A stretch of 64,000 bases of DNA, from the NCBI GenBank assembly GCA_964106645.2, contig OZ067040.1; one strand, 5' to 3'. The translations under genes were made by a program, and so were the position numbers. This DNA comes from Podarcis pityusensis (lineage: Eukaryota). The notes beneath the pieces are model-generated. The model was not told where the DNA came from and made no database searches. It saw only the letters and a program-made list of their open reading frames with translations. Below, in pieces: positions 25,522-38,335 of this stretch (position 1 is the first letter of the stretch; each line of letters opens with the position of its first letter).

Positions 25522-26363
25522 ATAAGAATGCAAGAAAAGCCCAGATGGATTAGACCAAAGGCCCATCTGGTCCAGTGTCCTCTTCTCACAGTGGGCCGCC
25601 CAGATGCCTATAGGAATCCAGCCAGCAGAACCTGAATATAACAGTGCACTTCTCAGTTGTGATTTCCAGCAACTGGTATTCAGAAGCATACTTCCTCCAA
25701 TAGTGGTGTTATAAGAATTCTAAGGTCTCAAATAAAAAATTAAATGTTCATAAATGTACAAGGCAAACACATACATAACTATATAAACCACATGTCTGAC
25801 CTGGATTCAGGAACCAAACTATTTACCATCACAAAAGAATGGCTAGGCTGCCCAGGTAAAGCAATCAGTGACCATTATCAGCATATCCTGGCAGACAGGA
25901 TTTCTGCTGTAGACCGCCTCCTTCTGTGATGTATGTATGATGTTTTGGGGGGTGGTCTTGAGCTACAGGGTGGGCAGTTTCAAAAGTATATATAAGGGCT
26001 TGCGCACCATTGTTCTGGTTTCTCTCTTCCCTCCTGTGTGTGGTGAGTGGGGACCTTGTTGCAACAGTTAATAAAGTTCTGGCTTACTAGCTGCTTTGCT
26101 TCTCAGTATACTCTGGTTGGCCTCTGTTATTTTCTCCTACCAATAGGGAACCCACTTAAGGATTCTATATGGGCTCTTGGAAGTTGAAAGGAGCAGGTTC
26201 CCCCCCCCCCCTATAACAGTAGATTCAAAAGTAACCTTTGTGCCCAGTAGCCATTGATATCTTCCATGAAACCCATTTTAAAGCCATTTAAGTTAGTGGC
26301 CTTAACTACCTCTTGTGGTAGAGAATTCCATAGTTTTCCATGTTAGGTGTGAAGAAGTACTTT
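25522..26363 (-). mobile_element. CR1-type 3' end split by a solo LTR
   Basis: 25522-25706 and 26219-26363 are collinear with the uninterrupted copy at about 47143-47345. Confidence 0.7.
25707..26218 (+). mobile_element. Solo LTR, ERV-like (512 bp)
   Basis: TGTTATA...TATAACA termini; 4-bp TSD GTGG/GTAG; TATATAA at 25989-25995; AATAAA at 26070-26075. Confidence 0.85.
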
Positions 26364-26376
26364 GTAGGCTGTCTAA

Positions 26377-26625
26377 TAGCAGTTGGTGGGGTGGCACAGG
26401 TAGGGTGGTGTTGCTCACAAATGGTCCTGCTGCTTCTTGAGAGGGAGGGGTGAGGCACACTCTGGAGTGTGGCCATTGTGTGAGCGAGATGGCAGCAGTG
26501 TCAGATTGGCACTACCACCACACCATGCTGAGCTTCCTGCCCCTCTCAGGAACTGGCAGCGATGCTTGGTGTTTAGAAGGCAAGTGAGCAATGCCACCCT
26601 ACCTGTGCCACCCTACCAACTGCTA
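26377..26625. mobile_element. Palindromic MITE with 42-bp TIRs
   Basis: TAGCAGTTGGTGGGGTGGCACAGGTAGGGTGGTGTTGCTCAC matches the reverse complement of the right end at 39/42. Confidence 0.85.
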
Positions 26626-26628
26626 CTG

Positions 26629-26630
<2 letters not shown>

Positions 26631-26682
<52 letters not shown>
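26631..26682. repeat. (AT)n microsatellite
   Basis: Direct reading. Confidence 0.95.
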
Positions 26683-26688
<6 letters not shown>

Positions 26689-27019
26689 ATATATATGCTT
26701 GCTGTGGAGACAAATCCAAAACTCTCCACAGTTACATTGCATAGCAATGACAGGAAATCCTTGTTCCTTGAAGAGATAGTCAGTCAAAATAATACGTCAG
26801 GCCAGTGGGACCCTACATCCACAAAAGGTGACCTAGACATGTTAAGTCCCTGGGCTTGCTTGTTCTCTTCACATTCCTTTCTTCTAATCTCATACTTTGT
26901 GTCTGGAAGAGAATGTCTTTCTACTCGGGTTAATAAGAACATCAGTACATCTAACAAGAATTGGTCTTCACTTTTCCCCACCTGATTTCACGAGGAATTT
27001 GATGGAGCTCTCAGGATCC

Positions 27020-27100
27020 ACAACAACAACTTTTTTATTTATACCCCACCCATCTGGCTGGGTTTTCCCAGCCACTCTGGGCAGCTTACAGCATATATAA
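27020..27100 (-). mobile_element. L2 3' terminal fragment
   Basis: TTTATTTATACCCCACCCATCTGGCTGGGTTTTCCCAGCCACTCTGGGC is the reverse complement of the 11751 copy's 3'UTR. Confidence 0.8.
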
Positions 27101-28507
27101 AACATGTATGTTATATATTGTCTCACTAAAATGACAGTGTTGTTGGTGGCGAGAGGCTAAATAAGAGCAAGGCCCTTGTCACTTGCTATCGTGGCCATTT
27201 TTCTTTTTGCTCATTCTCTTCTTCTGAATCACAACTATAGCATGCATTGGACCAACTGAAGCGAGAGTAAATATATGCTTAGGCTACAAAGAGAATCCCA
27301 TCCTGATGCTCTTCTTTGAAGTACAGATGTAACACAGGTCCATATATCTTCAAGCCTTCTTTCAGGTATGCCCAAATAGATAACTGAGAATCTTCCCATA
27401 AAAAAGCAGCCTAGTTAATTTCCCTGAGGAAATTCACGAGGCTATTCTATACATAAAGCCGCCTGGTTTATTTGCTATCCCAAACACTTAAACAAAGCAG
27501 CACAATATGATAGGTATTTACAATCTACCAAAGCCTCAGTACCATTGTAAACTGCATTCCAGCCAGCACGCCTTCATGGTTTAAATAACTTCTACATTTA
27601 GAAAAAGTAACTGGAATATCCAGCCCAGTTAAATTTAGTTTTTTCTTCTGTACCCCAAGCTATCACAAAGCTTCGAGAATGTGTGCATGGGCAATTTTCA
27701 AATGGAAACCTACCCAGGTAAGATCTGAGCATATCTGGTAGGTTGGCTCAAACCCATAAAAAGTTTAGAGAACATTCTTATGCATGGCATTTCAGACAGA
27801 AGTCCTACTGAGCTGAGTGGAGATTACTCCCAAGTCAGTGGGAACAGGATTGCAGCCTTACTGACACAATTTACCCTGCATTTTCTTTGGAGAAGGTAAT
27901 ATTGTGTCCTGAGCTATCCATGGACACAACCACAACTTCCTAGCAGCTATTTCCATTTTGATGGCTGCTATGATCATGGAAGTTACTTCCGGGTAACTGT
28001 GGCAGTATTCCCTAAGGTTCTGGATCACCCAGTTCCTTCTTCATGTGAAGCTTTCGAATGTATGAATGTAATGTATGAATGTACCAACTGTTAGTCTATA
28101 CTGTAAATGAGAGCAGAATGCCTGTGAAAATTCAAAACTGCCTAGGAAAGAGCCATATAAATTTTTTATTTGTACAAGTTTTTCTATGTCGCCATATATA
28201 ATATCATGGCAGCATACAAAATGAATACAAAAAAACCCACCATTTTCAAAATAAAAATACAAATAATTGTTAAGACTTCTAATTAAAAATAAAAGATTAA
28301 ACAGCTGCAAAGGCCTGTTAATGGGGGGGGGGGGGAATGTTTTCTCAGAGATGCCTGAAAGTCAAAAGCAAGGATGCTCTGCCCAATCTCTCCTGGAAGA
28401 CTATTCCAAAGCATAGGACTGGGGACCTTAACTGCCCGACTTCGGTTCACTCAAATGTAAGCTCCATTGAGTTCAATGGGGTTTCCTCTAAGATAAAGGT
28501 GTTTAGC

Positions 28508-28641
28508 CAGGATAGCCAATGTATTGCCCTCCAGATGTTGTGCTACAACTCCCATCAGCCCTCGCTAGCATAAGCAATGGTCAAGGACGATGAGACTTGT
28601 AGGCCAAAAATATGTGGCGCGCACCACATTGCCTATTCCTA
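28508..28641. mobile_element. Short hAT MITE (same family as 1482, 31362, 40213, 50095, 50773)
   Basis: Core GCCCTCCAGATGTTG..CTACAACTCCCATCAGCC; palindromic. Confidence 0.7.
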
Positions 28642-30983
28642 GTGTGTTGGACTGTAGCTTTAATTACATCTTTCTTTACTTAAATTCCTCCTAATATACA
28701 TACATTTATATGCAGGTTTGCCCAAGATACGTATTTTGGCAAAGTGATTTCCCCTAATACGTTGCATTTTTGTATGTTGTCTTAACTGATACATGAAGTC
28801 TTATGCACACTTTACTTCGTTTTTGTACACATTAAGTGGCTGGAGAACTGCATTGCGAAATTTGGGAAAGTGTGAGACAGAATGCATGCAGAAAAGTGAC
28901 CATTTGGAGAAATCATGGGAATGCTTAGACAGACAGTAACACAGAGAAAAATAACTGTGTTGGGAAAAACATGAGAATGCTTCAAGAAGCAGTAGGGTAG
29001 AGAAAATAAAATGTGGGTGGGGGAATGGGATACTTCGGGACAGACCTTAGAGTAAAGAAGCAGTGTTGAGAAACCAGAGTGATGTGTGGAAAATCAGCAG
29101 ACGTCACCATTTAACAGTCAAGTCGTTTTCGGCGAAATAAAGGGCCCTTTTTCCTCAAAAAGAACAATTTATGTTTCTGTCAGGTGTACGTCTGGGCTTC
29201 TGATGAAGCTTAGTGAGGTAATGTCTCCAAAAGTGGAGGGAAGGGTGCAGAGTAGAGGAGCAGGCCCTATCACTTTGACACGGCCCATTCACATGGTGTA
29301 CTTTCCTCCAACCATTCACCAAATTTATGCCGAATGTTGGTTATTTTGAAGCCTTTGACTATTTCCCCATCCAACAAAATCCGTGTGAAAGATAGACATT
29401 CAAAGGCCATGTGATGATGCCTCTGTCTGTGATATGAGGAAATCTAGTCTTGTTCCAAATAATTCTTCTTTAAACTACAGCGCCTTTTTGCCTGGCTAGT
29501 GAAAGGCTTTCAAACAGTCATATCCGCAGGTCAAATGATTGTGACTGGCCATAAGGTAATTCCCCCTCCCCCACAAATAAACTGCAAACAGTGGATATAC
29601 AGATACGAGCTGTTAACATGCATCCTATTAGGAATATTCAGGAAACAACGGCTCATACACAAGTTAGTCATGGCCCGCAGTCCCAGAGTTCCTGTTTCCT
29701 GCTGTTATTCATGGAAAACAACACACTCTGCACATGCTCAGAGGTACTATGCCCAGGGCTGACAATTATCCTGCTTGTCCTGCAGTCATTCTCCTAGATT
29801 TCTTTCTCTCTTAGATTTCCCCTGACTCCATTTAAAAACTCATTTGTTGAAAGGTACCTGTGCCTTTAATAGCTGCCTGTGAGGCAGAAATTCAACATGT
29901 GGCTGGGGTTTTTGTGTTTCTTTCCCTAAGGGACAGTGGCCTCAGTGGGGCTAGCACAAAAGCTTATAAAAAAAATGAAGAGTGCTTGCCCAAGAAGATA
30001 TTTCAATTTGTGGTTGACAGCAATGCTTACATGTGCTGGCAGACATCATTTTAATGCAGCTGCCAGGGCACCTAAAAATTGTAATGTTGTGAGGGGTGGT
30101 GCTTTCAGTCAGCCAGCATGCACCGGCACACATAAATCTATTTTTAAGTGGCCTGACAGCTCTGTGAATTGACCCTGAGTTTAGTGAAGCCAATGGGAGT
30201 GATTCTTTGACTGCACAGAGTGGCACCGCAATCCAAATACATTTACTTCCTTGCAAGTAAATCTCACTGAAAACAGTGGAAGTCTCACTGAAAGCAATGG
30301 AATGGACTACCAAATAAGGCAGAGGTGTCACATTGCTTTCTGATCCAAGCAGAGCTTCAGCTTGGCTTGACTCTGTTCTAAGCAAATTAGTCAAACTAAT
30401 TAAGCCCATTGAAACGGATGTTTAACTTTAATTAAAATGCAAACCGAAGAAATTAATCTATGTCAAAAACTTGTCCAAGTTTTCAAAGAGGTGCAAATTT
30501 GAATGTGAGCATTAATCAAAGAAAATGAATACGGTTTAACCTATTTTATTCAGACCTCCCATAGGCAGCCTGCTATATATACTAAATCTGCTTTATGACC
30601 TCCTCTATTCTAGACACAAATTTCATGCCCCCCGAAGGGTCTTCACAAAAGAGCCTGTACTGCAGTGGAACTAGATTCATTATCTCTAGAAGTCTTGTTG
30701 GCATCGAATCTGGCAGCCACAGTCCTTCTGCTTGCAGTAATGTTCCAGTCTGTAAACATGGTGATGCATTATGAGCTACCCCCATTTTTCAAAAAACAAA
30801 AGCTTAAACCTTCCTCCTTTTTCTTTTGTTTCATTTCTCTCTCTCTTTTCTGTCTGTTTCTCTTTAAAAGCAGCACTTCCTTTTTTGTCACCTCAAGCCA
30901 AGGTGTATGAAAAAGGAGGTTTATAAGGGATGCCTCACACATTAATTTGTAGCTCGTCGTGTGGTTATTTTATTACTTTTGAC

Positions 30984-31120
30984 CAGTGTTATGTTTCCAG
31001 AAAAAGAGGTGCTGGAACTCACCACAAACGCTTCCCTTCTTCTCTTATAATGGCAATGGTGCCCACCTGAGAGGTGCTGGAACTGAGTTCTGATGTGATT
31101 TCTAGCTGAAAAAAGCCCTG
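30984..31120 (-). mobile_element. hAT element, uninterrupted relative of 13342-13693
   Basis: Reverse complement matches both flanks of the MITE at 13404. Confidence 0.8.
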
Positions 31121-31361
31121 CAAAGTCTCTTATGAAGTTCATTTAGGAATACTAGGATGAATGCCTTTATGGATCACTCTTTCCCTCAGTGGCTTCCTGA
31201 AAGCTCACAAGAACAATAGCACGGCAAAAACCTTCTGCAGTGATGACCCCTCCCCCATCAACAACTATTTGGTGATACGTTGCATCTGAACATAGAGGTT
31301 CCAGTTAGGTATTGTGGCTAATAGCCACTAATAAACCTAACCTCCATGGGTTTGCCTAACA

Positions 31362-31483
31362 CAGGGGAGGGGAAACCATGGCCTTCCACGTGCGATTTGA
31401 CTCCCAACTCCTCTCCGTCCCAGCAAACATGGCCGACAGTCAGGGGTGATGGGAATTATAGTCCATAAAGTTCACCATCCCTG
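31362..31483. mobile_element. Short hAT MITE nested in an old CR1 fragment
   Basis: CAGGGGAGGGGAAACC...CCATCCCTG; CR1-like sequence on both sides. Confidence 0.65.
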
Positions 31484-32969
31484 ATTTAATCCCTATCAAA
31501 AGCCATTTTAATCAGAGGCCGCCACCATATCTAAAGACCAAGCATTCCACAGGTTAATTATGAGTTTCGTGATAGAATACTTGAGAAGGCGGATCTGTCC
31601 TCAAACTATTGCCAATAAGGTTTATTAGAGGGCCTCAAGTATTATCAAAGAAAGAGAGAATTCTCTCCATGCATTGTCTTTTTTTTCCTGAGTCACCTAA
31701 CACTAAACATTTCAGCCTTATGACCTGGGGAAAGTGTCCAAACTGCTGCACCATTGTGGTTCCCCTTCTCTTCACAATTTACAGCTCTGACATCCTTTTC
31801 AAAGGGGGATAAGTAGAACAGTACAGGGCATTTCTTAAGAAGAAGAGACTGCTGGATCAGACCAATGGCCTATCTAGTCCAGCATCCTGTTCTCACAGCA
31901 GCCAACTGGACGCCTATGGGAAACTCAGTTTCAACAGGCATTATGGTAATGCCTATTCTGTATCTAGTCCTTTTCTGAAATAATCTATAGCACAGAAATT
32001 CCTGCCCCCAACCCTCAGTGTTGCATACTGAGTTGATGCTTTCATTCAGCTATCCACCAGCTATCTTTTCCTACTTGATTCTTTTGGTTACTATGTACAT
32101 TTGTTCTGTGGTGTTCTGTTCAATCTTATAATGCACTTCTACAAAATAAAAAAATAATAAAAAAAAGAGGCTATCCACCATAAACACCAAGATCTCTTTC
32201 CTGGTTAGTCTTTGCCAATTCAGACTGCATCTGTGTAAAGGTTTCCCTCTGCCCGGATGTGCATGAATTTGTGCTCATTGTATTTACCTTTCCTCCAGGG
32301 ATCTGAAGACTGTGCCTTGTTGCCTTTGCTTTGCTTTCAGAGCTTATCTTGGCTTGGAGGCTTCTTGCATAAGCATAGACACACCTCTCCAAATGTCATT
32401 TTCATATGCGACTGTTCCCAAGACTGTTTTGGCTGCTCCAGACTGGCTTCGCCCCAGTTCTTCTCAGCTTTCCCCCAGAAAAATCAGTTTAAATGCAACT
32501 CTGTTGCCTTTTTGATGTTTCTCCATTTTTCATGAGTTGTCTTGGCACATTGGTTACTGCCATGTGGGTTCTGCTTTTTCTAATTAGAGACAAATGGATT
32601 TTGCCACACTTGAAATGGGAAACTTTTCCTTCCCAGAAGCTGGAATTGTTGTATGTTAACATTGCTGTGAGTTTGGACCATTTGTCGTTCAAGTGTCAGC
32701 GTGGGACCGTGGGAATTACTTGCACTGACACCATCAGGAAAAAGATACCCAGATATTAATTAAGGGGTTTGTGTGGCATCTTTGCTGAACTACTGGCAGC
32801 AATGAGAGAACAGAAAATGCAAACTTTATAAACACTTTAATCATGGCTTCCTGTGTGCATATAAAATAGGAAAGCTTCAGACATTTTCCCAGTAGGAGGA
32901 GAGCTGTTTCTGCTTCCATAGGAACACAGGAAGCTGACACATCCTAAATCATACCATTACTCCATTTCA

Positions 32970-33770
32970 CATAGTATTGTATACACTGACTGGCAAGGAC
33001 TCTCCAGGGCTTCAGACAAAGGATATTCCCAACCCTATCCAGAGATGTCAAGGAAGCGGAAGGCTCAATTTTACATTATGTGGTGGATCTGTAAGAAAAT
33101 AAAGGAATTTTGGGATGTAATTTATAATGAGCTCAAAAGAATGATCAAAGTATCCTTCATAAAAAAACCGGAGGCTTTCCTCATGGGGATATTAGGTCCA
33201 GACATACCAAAAAGTGTGAGTGAAATATTATTGTATGCCACGGTAGCTGCATGAATATTAATCACTATGAACCGGAAAGGGGAGAGAATTCCGACAAAGG
33301 TGGAGTGGCAAAGTAAACTGTTGGAATACGCCAAGTTGGCAAAAATGACAGAAAAACTGAGAGGTCATACTGATCAAACATTTATTAGGAAATGGGACAT
33401 GTACAAAAAATATCTTAAGGACTACTGTAACAATATGATGTCAGTGGCAGGCCTTGAATGACTTCTGTGGTATGATGGATAATTATAAGAGAATATAGTA
33501 TTGATGAAAATTAACAAAAGACTAGATAGACTAAGTGGTAGATGCATGATGGGGTGGTGGAAAGCCTTTAGAAACTCAAGAAGAACTTATTGTGATGTGG
33601 AATAACAAATATTACCATTTTCTTTTCTTTCTTCTGGATAATCCTTATGTTTGTTATTTCTTTTTAATCTCAATAAAGCATAAACACCCCCCCCCGAGAT
33701 GTCAGGGATTGAACCAGGAACCTTCTGCATGCAAAGCAGATGCTGTACCACTGAGCTACTGCCCTTCCCC
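32970..33770 (-). mobile_element. tRNA-Ala SINE (Squam2-like) split by an L1 insertion
   Basis: Head at 33696-33770 (minus GGGGAAGGGCAGTAGCTCAGTGG..TTGCATG..GGTTCAATCCC); body at 32970-33054. Confidence 0.75.
33055..33695 (+). mobile_element. L1-clade LINE 3' end (ORF2 C-terminus plus 3'UTR)
   Basis: MWWICKKIKEFWDVIYNELK..KKPEAFLMGI..YATVAA*..IPTKVEWQSKLLEYAKLAKMT..W..Y with stop at 33461; AATAAA at 33672; 13-bp TSD GAGATGTCAAGGA/GAGATGTCAGGGA. Confidence 0.85.
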
Positions 33771-34103
33771 ATACAGAGGGAGGAACAATATCTCTTTCTG
33801 GCAGCAACCTCTGTGCCTGATGGGTGCTAAACTGGGCAGTTTTTTCAGGTGGCGTGATGGGGAAAGAGACTGAAAAAGCCCTCTGTAAAGAGAAAGACTG
33901 AGAGCAGTCCCACTCACATGTAATGTCACAGGCATACACATAGAGGACACAGACACAGGTGCACAGCTCCCTGTTCAGGTGTGATATATATGCCAGCATG
34001 CAAACCAGCCCACCAGAAGCACTTAAGGCTCCCAAGTCATCATTAGCAAAAACTTGGGACTGATCTCTTTTATATGGGAAGCACCTCCAAGTTGCTGAGG
34101 TAA

Positions 34104-34479
34104 AGGACCCCTGACAGTTAAGTCCAGTCGCAGATGACTCTGGGGTTGCACCGCTCATCTCGCTTTACTGGCCGAGGGAGCCGGCATTTGTCCGCTCCAC
34201 AGACAGTTTTTCCGGGTCATGTGGCCAGCATGACTAAGCCACTTCTGGCGCAACGGAACACCGAAACCAGAGCAGTGCACGGAAATGCCGTTTATCTTTC
34301 CACTGGAGTGGTACCTATTTATCTACTTGCACTTTTTGGGGTGCTTTCGAACTGGTAGGTTGGCAGGAGCTTGGACCTAGCAACGGGAGCTCACTCCATT
34401 GCGGGGATTCGAACCGTCAACCTTCTGATTGGCAAGCCCAAGAGGCTCAGTGGTTTAGACCACAGCGCCACCTGTGTCC
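34104..34479 (-). mobile_element. Sauria SINE (Squam1), full length
   Basis: tRNA-like head and ACCTTT-type tail; 15-bp TSD AAGTTGCTGAGGTAA/AAGTTGCTCAGGTAA. Confidence 0.92.
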
Positions 34480-34604
34480 AAGTTGCTCAGGTAACCAATA
34501 CTGTATCAGGATCAGTTGTCAATAAAATGAAGCCCATCTCCCCCCACTTTGGGATTCCTGAGAAAATAATCTCTAATAATAGGCTGCAGTTTTCATCTGA
34601 TTTA

Positions 34605-35026
34605 GCAATGAAAGAATCTGTCAGTTTGGTTCTCTCTGTTTCCTCATGTTTCCAGTCTTAAATTCAGTTCTCCACATTTCTGCAGCAATTTCAATTAAAA
34701 CAAGAATTCCTCATGAAAATTGCTCAGTGTTTAAGGCAAATTTCTCCTCATAAAAACATTTTTATATACAGTTTTGACTAATGAACACATTTTTGCAAAA
34801 GTTATTTCCCCTAATATATTTTACACATATATTCCTTTTTATGCAAACTGCTCCATAATATAAACACTTCCATGAATATTGTTTGGTTGGAGAACTGTGT
34901 CGTAAAATTCAGAAAACTGATTTTCAAAAGATGGGTGTGTTTGGATTCTCATATTGTTTAGGAAACTGAGAATTTCGAAAGCTTGACTTGTAAGTGCAAA
35001 TTGAATCAAATTTCTCCCCATCCCTA
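34605..35026 (-). mobile_element. AT-rich TAGGGATG-TIR DNA element
   Basis: Ends TTTCTCCCCATCCCTA; similar to the 45.2, 51.2 and 63.1 kb copies. Confidence 0.7.
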
Positions 35027-35649
35027 ATATGAAAATTTGCAGAGGCTTATAGATTTCAACCCTTCTTACCTCCAAGTCTGTTGTTTCTCCAGAGCGACAG
35101 TGAAATAGAACATGTTGTCCTGACTAAAAAACACCTGTGGTTGAAATCATCCATCCTCTACCTTGTCCTATTGACATAGCAGCCAACACCTTTGGCAAAA
35201 GGCTTCAGCCCAGTTGTTCCTAGGATGGAAGTTCCATTCCAAGATTCCAGCATTTGCCACCTAACTAACTCCATCTTGGTCTGATTTCCACAGCTTTGCA
35301 GAACAGGATGCCTATTATAAAGCTTGCCGGAAGAACGTCTGTGGCAAATGGCATAATGCTAAACTCATGAAACCAGAAGACCTGCTCTGCAGAAAGGAGT
35401 CCTATGAAAATGTGCCAGTACAGGAGAATGCAGAGACTCCTTGCTCCTATTTGATTGCAGTTCTAACAGGAATTATCTGTCACAATCGGACACAACTTGT
35501 TCTTGTGGGAGATGCTCCAGTGCTCTCCTAAGGAACCACCACAATGCAGGCTGCAGAAAACACTATCCAAGTTACACCCCTAGAGATGTTCCAGCTCCTC
35601 CCTCTCAGAGAATATGCCCAGGCAGGAAGCAACAACCACTCGCATTCCT

Positions 35650-35812
35650 GAGAGATGATGCTTTGCACAGAGAATGTCCCAATCCCCAGCATCTCCAGGT
35701 AGGGTTGGGAAAGAAACCCCTGCCTGAAATCTGGAGAGCTACTCCCAGTCAGTGTAGATAATACTAGGGTACAGGGACCAGAGGTTTGACCCAAGTCAGC
35801 TTCCTCTGTTCC
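35650..35812 (+). mobile_element. Squam2-like tRNA SINE
   Basis: CCCCAGCATCTCCAGGTAGGG..CAGTCAGTGTAGATAATACT body. Confidence 0.7.
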
Positions 35813-35853
35813 CTTTTGGAAGCCCACAGAATGATTAGAAATAGTGGTTGCAA

Positions 35854-35974
35854 TCAAAGCTACCAGCATGAGTTTGACCAAACTGCGGGAGACAGCGGAA
35901 GACAGGAGTGCCTGGCGTGCTCTGGTCCATGGGGTCACAAAGAGTTGGATATGACTAAACAACTAAACAACAAA
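35854..35974 (+). mobile_element. RTE-BovB 3' end
   Basis: 11-bp TSD AGTGGTTGCAA at 35843-35853 and 35975-35985. Confidence 0.9.
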
Positions 35975-37974
35975 AGTGGTTGCAAGTCATCAGAGTAGAG
36001 TATTTCCTGATACATAGCCTACCCTGGCCTTCAGAGGATTTTGCAGTATTCATCATAATAGTATATTCTTGTTTAATTTTATTTGTTGCAGTTAGTGTGT
36101 TGAGTAGTTACCCCTCAGAAAGGAGGATGTAGCATTAGCTGTATAAAGGGCTTCTAAGTGTGCTGGCGAGGAGAAGGGAGAACTAAAGCCCAACGTGGTG
36201 TCCAGATACTCTCAACTGCAACAGAAGGGTAAATGGACTAAGAAAATGTTCACTGAGTTTTAGTATGCAATGGAGAAGTTGTGTGATTTATTCACTTAAC
36301 GCTCAAGTCCTGGGCTTGTTGATTTGTTGAACATTTGACCACATTATTATTGACTAAGGATGGCCAGTTTATACTAAGGATGAACAGAACCCCCACAAAT
36401 GGCTGCTTCTACTCAAATCAGGGCCAGTCTAGCCCAGGCACACTGAGTCTGTATTGCTGCTTTTTCATTGGTGAGAATGAGGAACAAATTCTAAGGCCAG
36501 GGCTTTATAGACTGTGGTGACCCAGGATTGGCTAGTGAGGTCAGTTGACTATTCCTGAGGCAGGCTGGTACTGCAGCCGAGTTGGTATGCTCGCTCTGTT
36601 GGAGCAGCAAGTAAGGCAATGGCTCCTGACTGCTGAGAACCCTCAGATCACAATGTACACCTTCAAGGACCTTACAGGTCCGTGTTCATGCCAAACACAT
36701 TCCTCACCAAGCTAATGGGAGAATGTGATTTGAAGGAGAGAGAAGGGTTTTGTTCACTGATGTTGAGGTACAGTGGTGCCTTGAAGTATAAAGGCAGCCT
36801 GCTTTTCAGTGTGTATCCAGTGTGTGTATCCAGTCCTCGCTCTTTATACTGTGCCTGAGCCTGGCTGCAGCTTGCAGTTTGCTGCTGCAATACAGATAAA
36901 GGAGTAGGGATGGAGAAGCATAGCCGGTACAGGCTGTATTGTGCAGGAGTGATTGCAGAGTATTCATCGTTTGTACTCCGGGAGAAAAAAAATCAGCTTT
37001 TAGTGGTACAATCTGATGGAGTCACTGAAAAGCCCATGGAAGAGCAAATGATCATCTTGAAATAAAAGCAGCAATATCTAAAAATTGGCATGCATGCATA
37101 TAGAGGGTCACAAATGCTAATGATGGTGTCAATCACTGTTCTGGTGACATTATTTCTAACACTGCATCCATCTGCAAGGGTGCAGAGGCTTTCAGCCACC
37201 TGGGTTTCTGTCAGCATGCTCGAAAGGCCCATCTGTTAATGTCAGTGAAGCAGCAAAGTGATCCAGTCATTGAATGAGTGTCTTGCTCCACCTGTCAATG
37301 ATCAATATCTCCAGATCACTAGCAAAATGTACGTTTGCCACCCTTTGGTTTACCAAGGGAGAAACGTGCACAGTAAAATGTCCCTTGTTAAAGTTTGCAA
37401 TTCTCTATTAGGAAACATCATAAATGTTACATAAGAGGTGTTTTTTTTTACTGTTGCCTTATAAAACTTTATTTGCTGTTGCTTTTTTGTTGACTACCAT
37501 ATTCAAAACAATCTTGTAACATACCCACTTTTGTCTGCTATGGTTCACTCACAAGAACAAGTTATCGGGGCATGAATGCCATCAGTTTTGCTAACAATGC
37601 TTCTAATGAAAGGCATGTGTATGAGTGGGTAGGCAATGTACATTTTCTACAGTCCTATGCCAAAACAATGACCACAAATTATTTGACTACATCTGGGTTG
37701 TTTTTTAAGTGTAATTAGAAAATTCAGGGCCAGAATGTGATGACAGTTTGAAGACCAAATTGTTTTCATAATGGACTGAAACAGGACAGAGAGCTCTGTT
37801 GTCACCATGGTGGGGAAGAATTTGTATTTACATCTGGCTAATTCTGAGTTCCTAAAACAATACATGAACCAAAACGCAGCTTCAAAGTTTTGAAATCTGC
37901 ACATCTCTGGAATTTGGTAATGAAGTTCTTTAACAAAAAAAAGTCTGTATTAGGGGGATATGTGGATAAAACAC

Positions 37975-38335
37975 ATAAATTTATACCCCACCCTTCTTCC
38001 CAAAGGAGTCTAGGGCAGCAAATGAACAAATGATAGAACAATTAAAACATATTTTTAAAGATCCAATGCAGGTGCATACAGGGAATGATATCTACTTAAA
38101 ACACTTGTTGGAAGAAGAAGGCATTTAGTAGGAACTGAAAATACAATCCAGACAGTGCCTGTCTAGGATTTAACAGCAGGAAATTCCAGAGGGTGGGTTC
38201 CTTAAAACTTAAGGTCTAATTCCTATCTTCTGCAGAATGGACCTCCTTTTGAGATGGTATCTGCGGGATGCTATCACCATCAGAGAGTAGGGTTTGATTG
38301 CTATATAAGGGGAGAGATAGTATTTCAGGTATCCA
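37975..38335 (-). mobile_element. Old L2 3' fragment
   Basis: TTTATACCCCACCCTTCTTCC tail and GGAAATTCCAGAGGGTGGG (antisense of PTLWN). Confidence 0.55.

Noticed and set aside
26437-26985. 182-aa ORF
   Set aside because: Runs through a palindromic MITE and an (AT)n tract (the YIYIY run).
33696-33770. tRNA-Ala(TGC)-like sequence
   Set aside because: SINE head with a disrupted acceptor stem; its body lies across the L1 insertion. The same applies to the copies at 17066, 48027 and 62208.
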